Under the pieces are notes generated by a model, which was given only the letters and a program-made list of their open reading frames with translations, was not told the origin of the DNA and made no database searches. A DNA stretch of 64,000 nt from an uncultured Steroidobacteraceae bacterium (GTDB taxonomy: Bacteria > Pseudomonadota > Gammaproteobacteria > Steroidobacterales > Steroidobacteraceae): NCBI GenBank assembly GCA_964455685.1, contig CAYVZE010000003.1, forward strand, positions 119 through 64,118, written 5' to 3'. The position numbers were made by a program, and so were the translations under genes. Shown piece by piece: positions 37,213 to 47,029 of this stretch (positions are counted from its first letter, which is position 1; each line of letters opens with the position of its first letter).

Positions 37213-38480
37213 CGGAGCGACAACAGCGGGTACTGCTGCTGGGAGCGGCGTTCGATACCGGCAACATGGGTGTCGGCGCCCTGGCAGCCGCGTCGGTACG
37301 GGTGCTCCATGCCCGATTCCCCCACGCCCGGATTTCCCTGCTCGACTACGCGCGCACCCCTGGCGTCCACGAGGTGGACGTCGGAGGCTCGAGCGTGCCC
37401 GTCGACACGGTGAACCTGCGTTTCTCGTGGAAGATATTCCTGCCCAACAACATCCTGGTGCTGCTGTTGCTGGCGGCGCTGTGCAGGGTGCCGCTGCTGC
37501 GGCGCCTGATCGCGCCCCGCAACCGCTGGATCCGCGCCATCACCGAGGCGAGGACCGCGTTCGCTATTTCAGGCGGCGACAGTTTCAGTGACATCTACGG
37601 GCTGGGCCGTTTCTTCTATGTCGCCTTGCCGCAGATCCTGGTGCTGCTGCTCCGCACGCCGCTGGTGCTCTTGCCACAAACCATCGGCCCTTTCAGCAAG
37701 CGCCTGCCCACCGCCATCGCGGCGGGGATCATGCGCCGCGCGCTGTGCACGCACTCCCGGGACGAGGACGGCATCGAGGTCGCCCGCCGCCTCGCCGGCG
37801 ACACAGTCCCGGTGCGGTTCTGCCACGATGTGGCCTTCGCGCTGGAACCACGCCCTCCCCGGCAGCTGAAAATGGCCGGCCCCACGTGGGAGCAATTGTC
37901 GGGCAAGGTCGTGGTTGGGCTGAACGTGAGCGGCCTGTTGATGATGGGGGGCTATGACGGCCGTAACATGTTCTCGCTGAAGGTCGACTACCGCGACCTT
38001 GTGGATGCGCTCGTGCGCCACTTCTGCAGCATGCCCGGGACGGCGGTGGTCCTGGTGCCGCACGTCTTCTCGGCGGACGCGGAGGGCGACCAGGCCGCCT
38101 GCCGCGAGGTCTTCGACCGGCACTCGGGCGAGTTCGGCGACCGGCTGGCCTGCATCGAATCCAGGCATGACCAGCACGAGATCAAGCACCTGATCGGGCG
38201 CTGCAATTTCTTCCTCGGCGCACGCATGCACGCCTGCATCGGCGCCCTCTCGCAGGGAATCCCGGCGATCGGCATCGCCTACAGCAGGAAGTTCGCCGGC
38301 GTGCTGGCGAGCGTTGGGGCTCGTGACCTGGTAGTCGATCCGCGCCAGTCGATCCTGGATGAGATACTGGCCACCGTCGACGCGAAGTTCGCCGGCCGTC
38401 ACGGCATTTCCGCCCGCCTCCAGGCCACCATGCCGGAGGTCCGGCGCAACGTAATGGGCATGCTGGACGGCATGGCCTGA
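37209..38480 (+). CDS. polysaccharide pyruvyl transferase family protein
   Basis: GTG 37209 overlaps the previous TGA. The general layout matches the PS_pyruv_trans family as recalled (..ISGGDSFSDIYG.., ..RMHACIGALSQGIPAIGIAYSRKF..). Confidence 0.7.
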   Translation: MTERQQRVLLLGAAFDTGNMGVGALAAASVRVLHARFPHARISLLDYARTPGVHEVDVGGSSVPVDTVNLRFSWKIFLPNNILVLLLLAALCRVPLLRRLIAPRNRWIRAITEARTAFAISGGDSFSDIYGLGRFFYVALPQILVLLLRTPLVLLPQTIGPFSKRLPTAIAAGIMRRALCTHSRDEDGIEVARRLAGDTVPVRFCHDVAFALEPRPPRQLKMAGPTWEQLSGKVVVGLNVSGLLMMGGYDGRNMFSLKVDYRDLVDALVRHFCSMPGTAVVLVPHVFSADAEGDQAACREVFDRHSGEFGDRLACIESRHDQHEIKHLIGRCNFFLGARMHACIGALSQGIPAIGIAYSRKFAGVLASVGARDLVVDPRQSILDEILATVDAKFAGRHGISARLQATMPEVRRNVMGMLDGMA

Positions 38481-38500
38481 CAGCACGCGGGAACAGTGGC

Positions 38501-39784
38501 ATGACCAGATTCAAGGACGCAACGGACATCGCCGCCTGGCGCATGTGCATCGGCTGCGGTGCATGCGTATCCGCCTGCCCCGACCGGAAGCTTGAGATGG
38601 TCGACCTGGTCGACGAGGGCCTTCGCCCCCTCCGCACCAGCAGCGGTCCCTGCAGCGGTTGCACGGCCTGCGTGGACGTCTGTCCCGGCATCGCGCTGCG
38701 CGAACCCGCCCCCGCCGGCCCGCAGTACATCGAAAGCCTGCGCAAGAGCTGGGGCCCCGTGCTGCAGGTGTGGGAAGGACATGCGGCCGATGCCGGACTC
38801 CAGTTCAACGGTTCCTCCGGCGGCCTGGCCAGCGCCCTGGCACTGTATGCCGTCGAGCAGGCCGGCATGGCCGGCGTGGTGCACGTCGGCAATGACGACG
38901 TGGTCCGTTATCGCAACCGCACGACGTTCAGCACCACGCGCGAGCAGCTGCTCGCCAGTACCGGATCGCGCTACGCGCCGGCTTCTCCCTGCGACGGCCT
39001 GGGCATGGTCGAAGGACTGCAGGCCCCGGCCGCGTTCATCGGCAAGCCGTGCGACGTGGCCGGGGCCCGCAAGTTGCAGGACCTGCGCCCGGGCGTGAAG
39101 GAAAAGCTTGGCCTCGCCATCGGCATCTTCTGCGCCGGCACGCCCAGCACGCAGGGCACGCTCGACCTGCTCGCCAGACATGGCATCAAGCCGGAGGAAG
39201 TCGAGGAGCTGCGCTATCGGGGACGAGGCTGGCCGGGACATTTCGCCGTACGCCGCAAGGGCTCCAGCGAATGGACCAATCTCGCCACCTACGAGGAAGC
39301 CTGGGCCTTCCTGCAGAGCTACCGCCCCTACAGATGTCACCTCTGCCCGGACAGCACGGCGGAATTCGCCGACATCTCCTGCGGTGATCCATGGTACCGG
39401 CCCATCGAGCCCGGTGAAGCAGGCTCCTCCCTGGTCCTCGCCCGCACCGAGCGTGGACGTGAGATCGTCGAGGGGGCCATCCGCGCCGGCTACGTGAAGC
39501 TGAAGGTGGTGGAGCCGAAGACGCTCGATCTCTCGCAGAAGGAACTGCAGCGCAAGCGTGGCGCCATCTGGGGCCGCACGCTGTCTCTGCGCACCCTGGG
39601 CATCCCGGCGCCGGGGCTGTCGGGATTCAGCCTCTTCAGCAACTGGTTGCGCATCCCGCTGCGTGACAAGGTACGGTCCGTCGCGGGAACCATCCGGCGC
39701 GCCATCAGCCGCGGGATGTACCGGCCCAACGCCCGCCACTTGGTCCGACCGGCAGGAACCGGGGTGAGGGACGGCGAGCGATGA
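38501..39784 (+). CDS. coenzyme F420 hydrogenase/dehydrogenase beta-subunit-like FeS flavoprotein
   Basis: Two ferredoxin-type Cys clusters at the N-terminus (CIGCGACVSACP; CSGCTACVDVCP). FrhB/FdhB-like core (GSSGG, GKPCD, GIFCAGTPS, RYRGRGWPG, CHLCPD). Confidence 0.7.
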   Translation: MTRFKDATDIAAWRMCIGCGACVSACPDRKLEMVDLVDEGLRPLRTSSGPCSGCTACVDVCPGIALREPAPAGPQYIESLRKSWGPVLQVWEGHAADAGLQFNGSSGGLASALALYAVEQAGMAGVVHVGNDDVVRYRNRTTFSTTREQLLASTGSRYAPASPCDGLGMVEGLQAPAAFIGKPCDVAGARKLQDLRPGVKEKLGLAIGIFCAGTPSTQGTLDLLARHGIKPEEVEELRYRGRGWPGHFAVRRKGSSEWTNLATYEEAWAFLQSYRPYRCHLCPDSTAEFADISCGDPWYRPIEPGEAGSSLVLARTERGREIVEGAIRAGYVKLKVVEPKTLDLSQKELQRKRGAIWGRTLSLRTLGIPAPGLSGFSLFSNWLRIPLRDKVRSVAGTIRRAISRGMYRPNARHLVRPAGTGVRDGER

Positions 39785-41190
39785 TCCCCCTTTCGCCCAT
39801 AGGCATCGTATTCACGCTGGTGGCGGCAGTGCTCATCCTGGCGTTGCCGCGCCGCTGGGCCGTCGCACCGCTGATGGCCAGCGTGTGCTACATGGTGCTG
39901 AGCCAGGGCATTGAGATCGGCCCGTTCAGCTTCTTCGTGATCCGCATCATCGTGCTGGTCGGCCTGGCGCGGCTGGTGATCCGCCACGAGTTCCCCAGTG
40001 GCGGCCTGAACCGCCTGGACTGGGTTGTCATCGTATGGGCGGCGTGGGTGCTGCTCTGCTCGGTCTTTCGCGACAATCCCTCTGAGACGCTGGTCTCGAA
40101 CCTCGGCCTGGCCTTCAACATCTGCGGCGTCTACTTCCTGCTGCGCTCGTTCCTGACCACAGCCGAGGACGTGCGATTCACCTGCCGTCTGGTCGTGGTG
40201 CTGCTCGTGCCGGTGGCCATCGAAATGGCACTCGAGCAGATCCGGCAGTACAACCTGTTCTCGGCGCTCGGCGGCGTGCCCGAGGTTCCTGCGATACGCG
40301 AGGGTCGCCTGCGCTCCCAGGGACCGTTCGCCCACGCCATCCTCGCAGGCACCACCGGCGCAGCCTGCCTGCCGATCGCACTTGCACTGTGGAACTCCTA
40401 CCGCGTGACGTCGATCGTTGGCGCCTGTGCCTGCGTCGTCATCGTCATCACTTCGGCATCAAGCAGCCCGCTGATGAGCGCGATGTTCGCGACGGCGGCC
40501 CTGTGCATGTGGCCCATCCGCAACTACATGAAGTGGGTCCGCCTGGGAATCTTGGCCGGCTACCTGCTGCTCGAGCTGGTGATGAAGGCCCCCGCGTACT
40601 ACATCCTGGCCCGCATCGACGTGGCCGGCGGCAGCACGGGCTGGCACCGGGCACAGCTGATCAATGCCGCATTCTCAAACTTCTCCGAGTGGTGGCTGGC
40701 GGGAACGGATTACACCCGCCACTGGATGCCCACCGGCGTATCGTGGAGCCCCAACCACACGGATATCACCAACTACTACCTCGACCTCGGCGTGCGCGCC
40801 GGCTTCCCGGCAACCCTCCTGTTCATCGGCATGCTCGTCGTGGGTTACTCCATGGCCGGCACGGCCATCCGCAGGATCCGCGCTGCAGGTGGCAGCGACG
40901 AGTTCCTGGTATGGGCGCTCGGCTGCTCGCTGTTTGCGCACACGGCCACATCGATCGCTGTGGCGTACTTCGACCAGTCATTCGCGTTCATCTACCTCAC
41001 GCTCGTGGCCATCGTCACCATGGCCGGGGCAACCGCGGTGGAGCCTTCTGCGGCCCCGCAGAAGCAACCTCCAGCGCGCCCGGAATCCGGACGGCCGGCG
41101 GCGCCGCGCGTGATACCCGTCCGCCGGCGCGCGCCCCACGGCGCTGCCTCCTCCCTTGCCGCAAGTCCCGCGGTCAGGAGTCCGGCATGA
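39781..41190 (+). CDS. O-antigen ligase/polymerase (Wzy_C)-like polytopic membrane protein
   Basis: About 10-12 TM helices with a large loop after RLRSQGPFAHAILAGT (typical of the Wzy_C family). The ATG overlaps the previous stop. Confidence 0.65.
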   Translation: MIPLSPIGIVFTLVAAVLILALPRRWAVAPLMASVCYMVLSQGIEIGPFSFFVIRIIVLVGLARLVIRHEFPSGGLNRLDWVVIVWAAWVLLCSVFRDNPSETLVSNLGLAFNICGVYFLLRSFLTTAEDVRFTCRLVVVLLVPVAIEMALEQIRQYNLFSALGGVPEVPAIREGRLRSQGPFAHAILAGTTGAACLPIALALWNSYRVTSIVGACACVVIVITSASSSPLMSAMFATAALCMWPIRNYMKWVRLGILAGYLLLELVMKAPAYYILARIDVAGGSTGWHRAQLINAAFSNFSEWWLAGTDYTRHWMPTGVSWSPNHTDITNYYLDLGVRAGFPATLLFIGMLVVGYSMAGTAIRRIRAAGGSDEFLVWALGCSLFAHTATSIAVAYFDQSFAFIYLTLVAIVTMAGATAVEPSAAPQKQPPARPESGRPAAPRVIPVRRRAPHGAASSLAASPAVRSPA

Positions 41191-42386
41191 CACTGGCAAC
41201 ACGCAAGCCACTGCACGCATGCATGGTGGCCTACACCTTCTACGAGGGTGACGGCCGCGTCATCCGCTACGCCCGCGCCATCGTGGAAGCTGGCGGAAGC
41301 TGCGACGCCATCGCCCTGCGCCGGCCGGGTCAGCCCGCCGAGGAGGTCATCGACGGCGTGCGCGTATTCAGGATCCAGTACCGCGAGAAGAACGAGCGCG
41401 GCAAGCTGACCTACCTCTGGCGCGTCCTGGCATTCCTGTTCCGCTCCACGTGGGCGCTGGCACGGCGCCATCGGGAGAGGCCCTACGACCTGGTGCACGT
41501 GCACTCCGTGCCGGACTTCGAGGTCTTTGCCGCGCTGCCGGCGAAACTGCGGGGCGCACGGGTGATCCTCGACATCCACGACATCGTGCCCGAGTTCTAT
41601 GCAGCGAAGTTCAGTACGGGAACCGACAGCCTGGTGTTCCGCCTGCTGGTATGGATGGAGCGGGCCTCCGCAGCCTTCGCGAACCACGTGATCATCGCCA
41701 ATGACCTGTGGCGCGACCGGCTGGTTGCCCGTTCCGTCCCCGAGGACAAGTGCACCAGCATCATCAACTACCCGGACGTCTCCACGTTCCGGCCGGGGCT
41801 GCGCCAGCGCAGTGCGGACGGTCGCTTCTTGCTGATGTATCCCGGGTCGTTGAACCACCACCAGGGACTGGACATCGCCATCCGGGCCGTGGCCAAGGTG
41901 CGACCGGAGATTCCCGGCATCGCCTTCGACATCTACGGCGAAGGACCGGAGCGCGGGAACCTGGGGAAACTCGTTGCCGAACTCGGCCTGCAGGACGTGG
42001 TACACCTGCGCGGCACGCGTCCGCTTTCGCAGATCGCAAAGCTGATGGCCGACGCCGACCTGGCCGTTGTGCCCAAGCGCAATGATTCCTTCGGCGGCGA
42101 CGCCTTCAGCACCAAGATCCTGGAATTCATGGCCGTCGGCGTGCCACTGGTGGTAGCCGAGACGCGCGTCGACAAGCATTACTTCGACGAGCGCCTGCTG
42201 CGATTCTTCAGGCCCGATGATGCCGATGACCTTGCGCGCGCGATCCTCGAAGCGTGGCGCAATCCTGCGGATACGCTGGCCCGCGCGCAGGAAGCCTCGG
42301 CGTTCGTCGCGGAGAACAACTGGGACGTGAAGCGCTCGGTGTACCTCGAGATCACCAGGCGCCTGACGGAAAGTCGGGATGGCTGA
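41187..42386 (+). CDS. GT4 (GT-B fold) glycosyltransferase
   Basis: ATG 41187 (ATGA overlap). C-terminal GT4 signature region (YGEGPERGNL..ADLAVVPKRNDSFGGDAFSTKILEFMAVGVPLVV). The listed 665-aa ORF is an upstream extension. Confidence 0.8.
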   Translation: MTLATRKPLHACMVAYTFYEGDGRVIRYARAIVEAGGSCDAIALRRPGQPAEEVIDGVRVFRIQYREKNERGKLTYLWRVLAFLFRSTWALARRHRERPYDLVHVHSVPDFEVFAALPAKLRGARVILDIHDIVPEFYAAKFSTGTDSLVFRLLVWMERASAAFANHVIIANDLWRDRLVARSVPEDKCTSIINYPDVSTFRPGLRQRSADGRFLLMYPGSLNHHQGLDIAIRAVAKVRPEIPGIAFDIYGEGPERGNLGKLVAELGLQDVVHLRGTRPLSQIAKLMADADLAVVPKRNDSFGGDAFSTKILEFMAVGVPLVVAETRVDKHYFDERLLRFFRPDDADDLARAILEAWRNPADTLARAQEASAFVAENNWDVKRSVYLEITRRLTESRDG

Positions 42387-43257
42387 GCTGATGCGTCCGG
42401 ACAGGATGGTGAGCGTGGCGCTGGTGGCGCCGCTGCTGAAGCTGCGCGGCGTTTCCCGCCAGCTGCGCATCCCGATCCTGATGTACCACGGTATCTCAGA
42501 CGCGCTCGACCGGCAGCGCAGCCCCTACTTCCGTACCGTCACGTCCCCCCGGACCTTTGCGGCGCAGCTGGACGTGCTCGCCGGCGATGCGTTTGAAGTA
42601 GTGTCTCTCACCCAGGCCGTGCGGATGCTGCGCGGCGAGATCCGCTCTCGCGAAGGCGCCACTCCCGTGGTGATCACCTTCGACGACGGCCTGCTCGATT
42701 TCTACACGCAGGCGTTCCCGCTGCTCGAGGCTCGCGGCTTCACGGCTACGGTGTTCCTGGCCAGCGCCTGCGTCGGCGGCACCTTCCCCACCGGAGATCC
42801 GTGCATGAGCTGGGTGCAGGTACGCGAGCTGGCTGACCGCGGCATCGATTTCGGTTCACATTCGATGACCCACTCCCGCCTGGTCGAACTGCCGCTGGAG
42901 GCCCTGGAGCAGGAGCTGTCCCGGTCGAAGTCGGACATCGAGCAGAACCTGGGCCGCAAGGTTACCTCCTTCTCGTATCCATTCCGCTTCCCGGCTGAGG
43001 ATGCCCGCTTCACCGCCCATCTGCATGCCCGGCTCGAGGCGAACGGATACGACCACGGCGTCACGACGATGGTCGGACGTGCCGCTGCAGGCAGCGACCT
43101 GCTGTTCCTGCCCCGGCTGCCGGTCAACGACTGCGATGACGAGGCACTGCTGCGCGCCAAGCTGGCCGGCGCCTACGACTGGTTCGGGCCGGTGCAGGCT
43201 GCGTACAAGAAGATGCGATCGATCGCATCCCCCGCCCGGAGGGCGCAGTCCGCATGA
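42379..43257 (+). CDS. polysaccharide deacetylase (CE4/NodB-like)
   Basis: ILMYHGI, VVITFDDGLLDFY, FGSHSMTHSRL, FSYPF. Confidence 0.8.
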   Translation: MAELMRPDRMVSVALVAPLLKLRGVSRQLRIPILMYHGISDALDRQRSPYFRTVTSPRTFAAQLDVLAGDAFEVVSLTQAVRMLRGEIRSREGATPVVITFDDGLLDFYTQAFPLLEARGFTATVFLASACVGGTFPTGDPCMSWVQVRELADRGIDFGSHSMTHSRLVELPLEALEQELSRSKSDIEQNLGRKVTSFSYPFRFPAEDARFTAHLHARLEANGYDHGVTTMVGRAAAGSDLLFLPRLPVNDCDDEALLRAKLAGAYDWFGPVQAAYKKMRSIASPARRAQSA

Positions 43258-44120
43258 GCCTGCCTTCCTACGTGGTCGTGACCCCGGTGCGCGACGAGGA
43301 GCGCTTCGTCGGCTGCACCGTCGACTCCATGCTTGGCCAGACCCACAAGCCACTGCGCTGGGTGGTGGTCAATGACGGCTCCACCGACCGGACTCGCGAG
43401 ATCGTCGCCACGAAGACCGACGGGCTGGACTGGGTTTCCATCCTGGATACGGGCTCTGAACGGCGGGATCTCGGCTCGGCTGAAGTCGTGGCCTTCAACC
43501 GCGGGCTGGCGTCGATCGGCGACGTTCCGTGGGAGTTCGTGGTCAAGCTCGATGCCGATGTGGCGTTCGGGCCGGACTACTTCGCGGTACTGCTGGATCG
43601 GATGGCCCGGGAACCCTCCTGGGGAATCGTCTCCGGGGTGTACTGGGAACAGCGCGACGGAGGGGCTTGGGAGCCTGTCAGCATGCCCAACTACCACGCC
43701 GCCGGCGCCTGCAAGGTCGTCCGGCGTGCCTGCTTCGAGCAGATCCGCGGCTTCGCCACTTCAAAGGGGTGGGATACGGTGGACGAGATTCGTGCCAACC
43801 TGCGCGGCTGGCGTACCGGCCACTTCGAGGACCTGAGGTTCGACCACCTCAAGCCCGAAGGTTCGGCCATGGGTACGCTCGCTACGCACCGTTTCCACGG
43901 GCTGATCGACTACCGCATCGGTGCGAGCCCGGTCGTGGAACTGGCCAAGGCCGCGAAGCGGATGCTTTTCCAGCGGCCGCGCATCCTGGGAGGCCTGGCG
44001 CTGGCTCGCGGCTACTTCTCCGCCTGGCTGAAGCGCGAGCCCAAGCTGGTGACCCCCGAGGAGCAGCGCCAGTACCGCAGGATGGTCAGGAGCCGCCTGC
44101 GCCACCGGGCCAGCAGCTGA
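43254..44120 (+). CDS. GT2 glycosyltransferase
   Basis: VVVTPVRDEE, VVNDGSTDRT, KLDADV (DxD). ATGA overlap with the deacetylase. Confidence 0.75.
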   Translation: MSLPSYVVVTPVRDEERFVGCTVDSMLGQTHKPLRWVVVNDGSTDRTREIVATKTDGLDWVSILDTGSERRDLGSAEVVAFNRGLASIGDVPWEFVVKLDADVAFGPDYFAVLLDRMAREPSWGIVSGVYWEQRDGGAWEPVSMPNYHAAGACKVVRRACFEQIRGFATSKGWDTVDEIRANLRGWRTGHFEDLRFDHLKPEGSAMGTLATHRFHGLIDYRIGASPVVELAKAAKRMLFQRPRILGGLALARGYFSAWLKREPKLVTPEEQRQYRRMVRSRLRHRASS

Positions 44121-44138
44121 AAGCGAGGTATCGACTGA

Positions 44139-46019
44139 ATGTGCGGCATCACCGGAATCCTCCGCACCGATGGCGCCCCGGCCGACCGCGGCCTGGTGGA
44201 ACGGATGACGGCGTGCATCAAGCATCGCGGCCCGGACGGCGCCGGCCTGCACATGGACCGCGAGGTCGGGCTCGGCCATCGCCGCCTGAGCATCATCGAC
44301 CTGGAAGGCGGCTCGCAGCCCATCTTCAACGAGGATTCCACCATCGCCGTCGTCTTCAACGGCGAGATCTACAACTTCGTCGAGCTGCGGCAGGAACTGG
44401 AGCAATGCGGGCACGTGTTCCGTACCAGCTCCGACACCGAAGTGATCGTTCACGGCTACGAACAGTGGGGCACGGACTGCGTCCGCCGCTTCAACGGCAT
44501 GTTTGCGTTTGCAGTCTGGGACAGCCGTCGACGCCGCCTTTTCCTGGCGCGCGACCACCTCGGAGTCAAGCCGCTCTACTACGCCCGGCTGCCGGGCCAG
44601 TTGCTGTTCGCCTCGGAAATCAAGGCGCTGCTCGCCAGCGAGGCCGTTGCCCGCCGCGTCGACACTGAGGCGCTCGGCGAGCTGTTCACCTTCCGCTTCG
44701 TACCTGCCCCACGCACGCTGTTCGACGGCATCCACAAGCTTCCGGCCGGGCACCTGATGGTGGCCGAGGGCGGAAACCTGAAGATCGAGCGGTTCTGGGA
44801 CAGAATTCCCCGCCACCTGCAGGATGCCCGCGAGGAATCGCTGGTGGAGCAGTACCAGGCGCTGGTGCAGGACGCCGTACGCCTGCAGCTGCGCAGCGAC
44901 GTGCCTGTGGGGCTGTTCCTCAGCTCCGGCGTCGACTCCGGCTGCTTGCTGGCCGAGATGCGGCGCCAGTCTGGCGGAGCCATACATACCTTCACCATCG
45001 GCTTCGAGGACGGCGAAAGGACCAACGAAACAGATGACGCCCGGGAAATGGCGCGCCGATTCGGATCCACCCACCACGAGTGGATCATCACGGCGGAGGA
45101 CTACCTGGAGTACTACGACCGCTACCTGTGGGACCTCGAGGAACCGGTCGGCAACGAGACGGCCGCAGCGTTCTACTTCGTAGCGAAGCTCGCCGCCCGG
45201 GAGGTCAAGGTTGCGCTCACCGGCCAGGGCGTGGACGAGCCCTGGGCCGGCTATCACCGGTACCTCGGCCTGAAGATGTCCGATACCTACCAGCGTATCC
45301 CGGCATTGATCCGCAGGGGCCTGATCCGGCCACTGGTGAACGCACTGCCGCGCAATGAGCGGCTCAAGCGCGGCGTCGCGTCACTCGACGAACCGGACAT
45401 CCTCACGCGCTTCGCCAAGATCTATTCGTTCTTCACCGAGGACATGCGACAGTCGCTGTTCCGGGGCGACCGACCGGAACTGGCGGTGCACCAGGGCTAC
45501 AAGGCCAGGCAGGCCATTGCACGCCTGCAGCGCGACGTGACACACCTGGATCCGGTGAGCCAGATGCTGTACATCGACACGCGGGCCAGCCTGCCTGATG
45601 ATCTGCTGATGGTCAGCGACAAGACCTCAATGGCCAACTCCATCGAATCCAGGGTACCGTTCCTCGACTGGCGCATCATCGAGTTCATCGAATCGCTGCC
45701 CCTGGAATTCAAGATCCGCGGCGGCACCGGCAAGTACCTGCACAAGAAGGCCATCGAAGCCTGGCTTCCGCAGGAAATCGTCTATCGCAAGAAGAAGGGC
45801 TTCGCCAACCCGGTGGAGAAGTGGTTGCGCGACCGCATGGCCGCCTACGTGGAGGACTTGCTGTTCGACAGCACATCCGGCGTCCGGGATTTCTTCGACG
45901 TCGGCTACATACGCACCATCATGCGTGAACACCAGGCCGGCCGCGAAAGCTACATGCGGCACATCTATCTGCTCATCTCCTTCGAGATGTGGCACCGCCG
46001 TTTCATCCGGGGTAGCTGA
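44139..46019 (+). CDS. asnB: asparagine synthase (glutamine-hydrolysing) family amidotransferase
   Basis: MCGI N-terminal nucleophile, HRGPD, RRLSIIDL, FNGEIYN, PP-loop LSSGVDS. Confidence 0.9.
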   Translation: MCGITGILRTDGAPADRGLVERMTACIKHRGPDGAGLHMDREVGLGHRRLSIIDLEGGSQPIFNEDSTIAVVFNGEIYNFVELRQELEQCGHVFRTSSDTEVIVHGYEQWGTDCVRRFNGMFAFAVWDSRRRRLFLARDHLGVKPLYYARLPGQLLFASEIKALLASEAVARRVDTEALGELFTFRFVPAPRTLFDGIHKLPAGHLMVAEGGNLKIERFWDRIPRHLQDAREESLVEQYQALVQDAVRLQLRSDVPVGLFLSSGVDSGCLLAEMRRQSGGAIHTFTIGFEDGERTNETDDAREMARRFGSTHHEWIITAEDYLEYYDRYLWDLEEPVGNETAAAFYFVAKLAAREVKVALTGQGVDEPWAGYHRYLGLKMSDTYQRIPALIRRGLIRPLVNALPRNERLKRGVASLDEPDILTRFAKIYSFFTEDMRQSLFRGDRPELAVHQGYKARQAIARLQRDVTHLDPVSQMLYIDTRASLPDDLLMVSDKTSMANSIESRVPFLDWRIIEFIESLPLEFKIRGGTGKYLHKKAIEAWLPQEIVYRKKKGFANPVEKWLRDRMAAYVEDLLFDSTSGVRDFFDVGYIRTIMREHQAGRESYMRHIYLLISFEMWHRRFIRGS

Positions 46020-46978
46020 TGGACGTCTCTGTCTGCATCGTCAACTGGAACACGCGCGAGCTGCTATGCCAGTGCATCGACTCCGTGATCCGCCTGACCG
46101 GACCGAAGGTGAGCTACGAGATCATCGTCGTGGACAACTGTTCCGCCGACGGCAGCGTGGAAGCCGTGAGGTCCAGGTTTCCGGAGGTACGCGTGGTGGC
46201 CTCGGAGGAGAACCTGGGCTTCGCGCGCGGGTGCAATCTCGCCGCAAGTCAGGCCAATGGCCGGTACATCTTCTATCTGAACCCGGATACGGAGTTCGTC
46301 ACCGACGCAATGACCGGCATGCTGGAAGAGATTGAGCGCGATCCCGGCATCGGCGCCGTGGGCTGCCGACTGCTCAACTCCGATGGTTCGATCCAGTACA
46401 CCTGCGCCTGCGACGTACCTTCACCCTGGAACGAGCTGTGTTCGCTGCTGGGCCTGGATCGCCTGTTCCCGCGCAGCCGGCTGTTCAGTGCCCGCGAGCT
46501 GGGCTACTGGGACCACCAGGATACCCGTGACGTGGAATGCCTCTCCGGGGCCTGCATGCTTCTCAGCCGGGAACTCGATTCGCGCCTGCGGGGCTTCGAC
46601 GAGAGCTTCTTCATGTACGGCGAGGACGTGGACCTGTGCCTGCGCATCCGCGAGGCGGGATACCGGCTGAGATATCTCGCATCCGAGGTCATCTACCATC
46701 ACGAGGGCGCAGGCAGTCGCAAGCGAGGCCGTGACTTTGCACCGGTGCGCCAGCGCGCGGCCAACCTTCGGGTCATGGCCAGGCATGACGGTGCCTTGAA
46801 GGCCTTCCTGTACCGGATGGCAGTGCTGGCCGGCTCGACAGGGCGCTTCGTGGGGGTTGCCATTGCGGCCCCGGTCATCCTGGCATTCAGGCCATCGGCC
46901 CGGGAACGCCTTGCGCACGTACTGCAGCGCTACGGAGGACTCGCAATGTGGGCGATGGGTCTGCGCCAGCCGGCCTGA
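46019..46978 (+). CDS. GT2 glycosyltransferase (rhamnosyltransferase-like subgroup)
   Basis: VSVCIVNWN, VVDNCSADGS, NLGFARGCN, NPDTEF, EDVDLCLR. Confidence 0.8.
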   Translation: MDVSVCIVNWNTRELLCQCIDSVIRLTGPKVSYEIIVVDNCSADGSVEAVRSRFPEVRVVASEENLGFARGCNLAASQANGRYIFYLNPDTEFVTDAMTGMLEEIERDPGIGAVGCRLLNSDGSIQYTCACDVPSPWNELCSLLGLDRLFPRSRLFSARELGYWDHQDTRDVECLSGACMLLSRELDSRLRGFDESFFMYGEDVDLCLRIREAGYRLRYLASEVIYHHEGAGSRKRGRDFAPVRQRAANLRVMARHDGALKAFLYRMAVLAGSTGRFVGVAIAAPVILAFRPSARERLAHVLQRYGGLAMWAMGLRQPA

Positions 46979-46989
46979 CCCGGGTAGCT

Positions 46990-47017
46990 CCCGGCCGCGC
47001 GTGGCACCGCGGCCGGG
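46990..47017. terminator. GC-rich hairpin between convergent genes (possible bidirectional terminator, no clear U-tract)
   Basis: CCCGGCCGCG (46990..46999) and CGCGGCCGGG (47008..47017) form perfect 10-bp arms with an 8-nt loop. Confidence 0.3.
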
Positions 47018-47029
47018 CCCAAGACCAGC

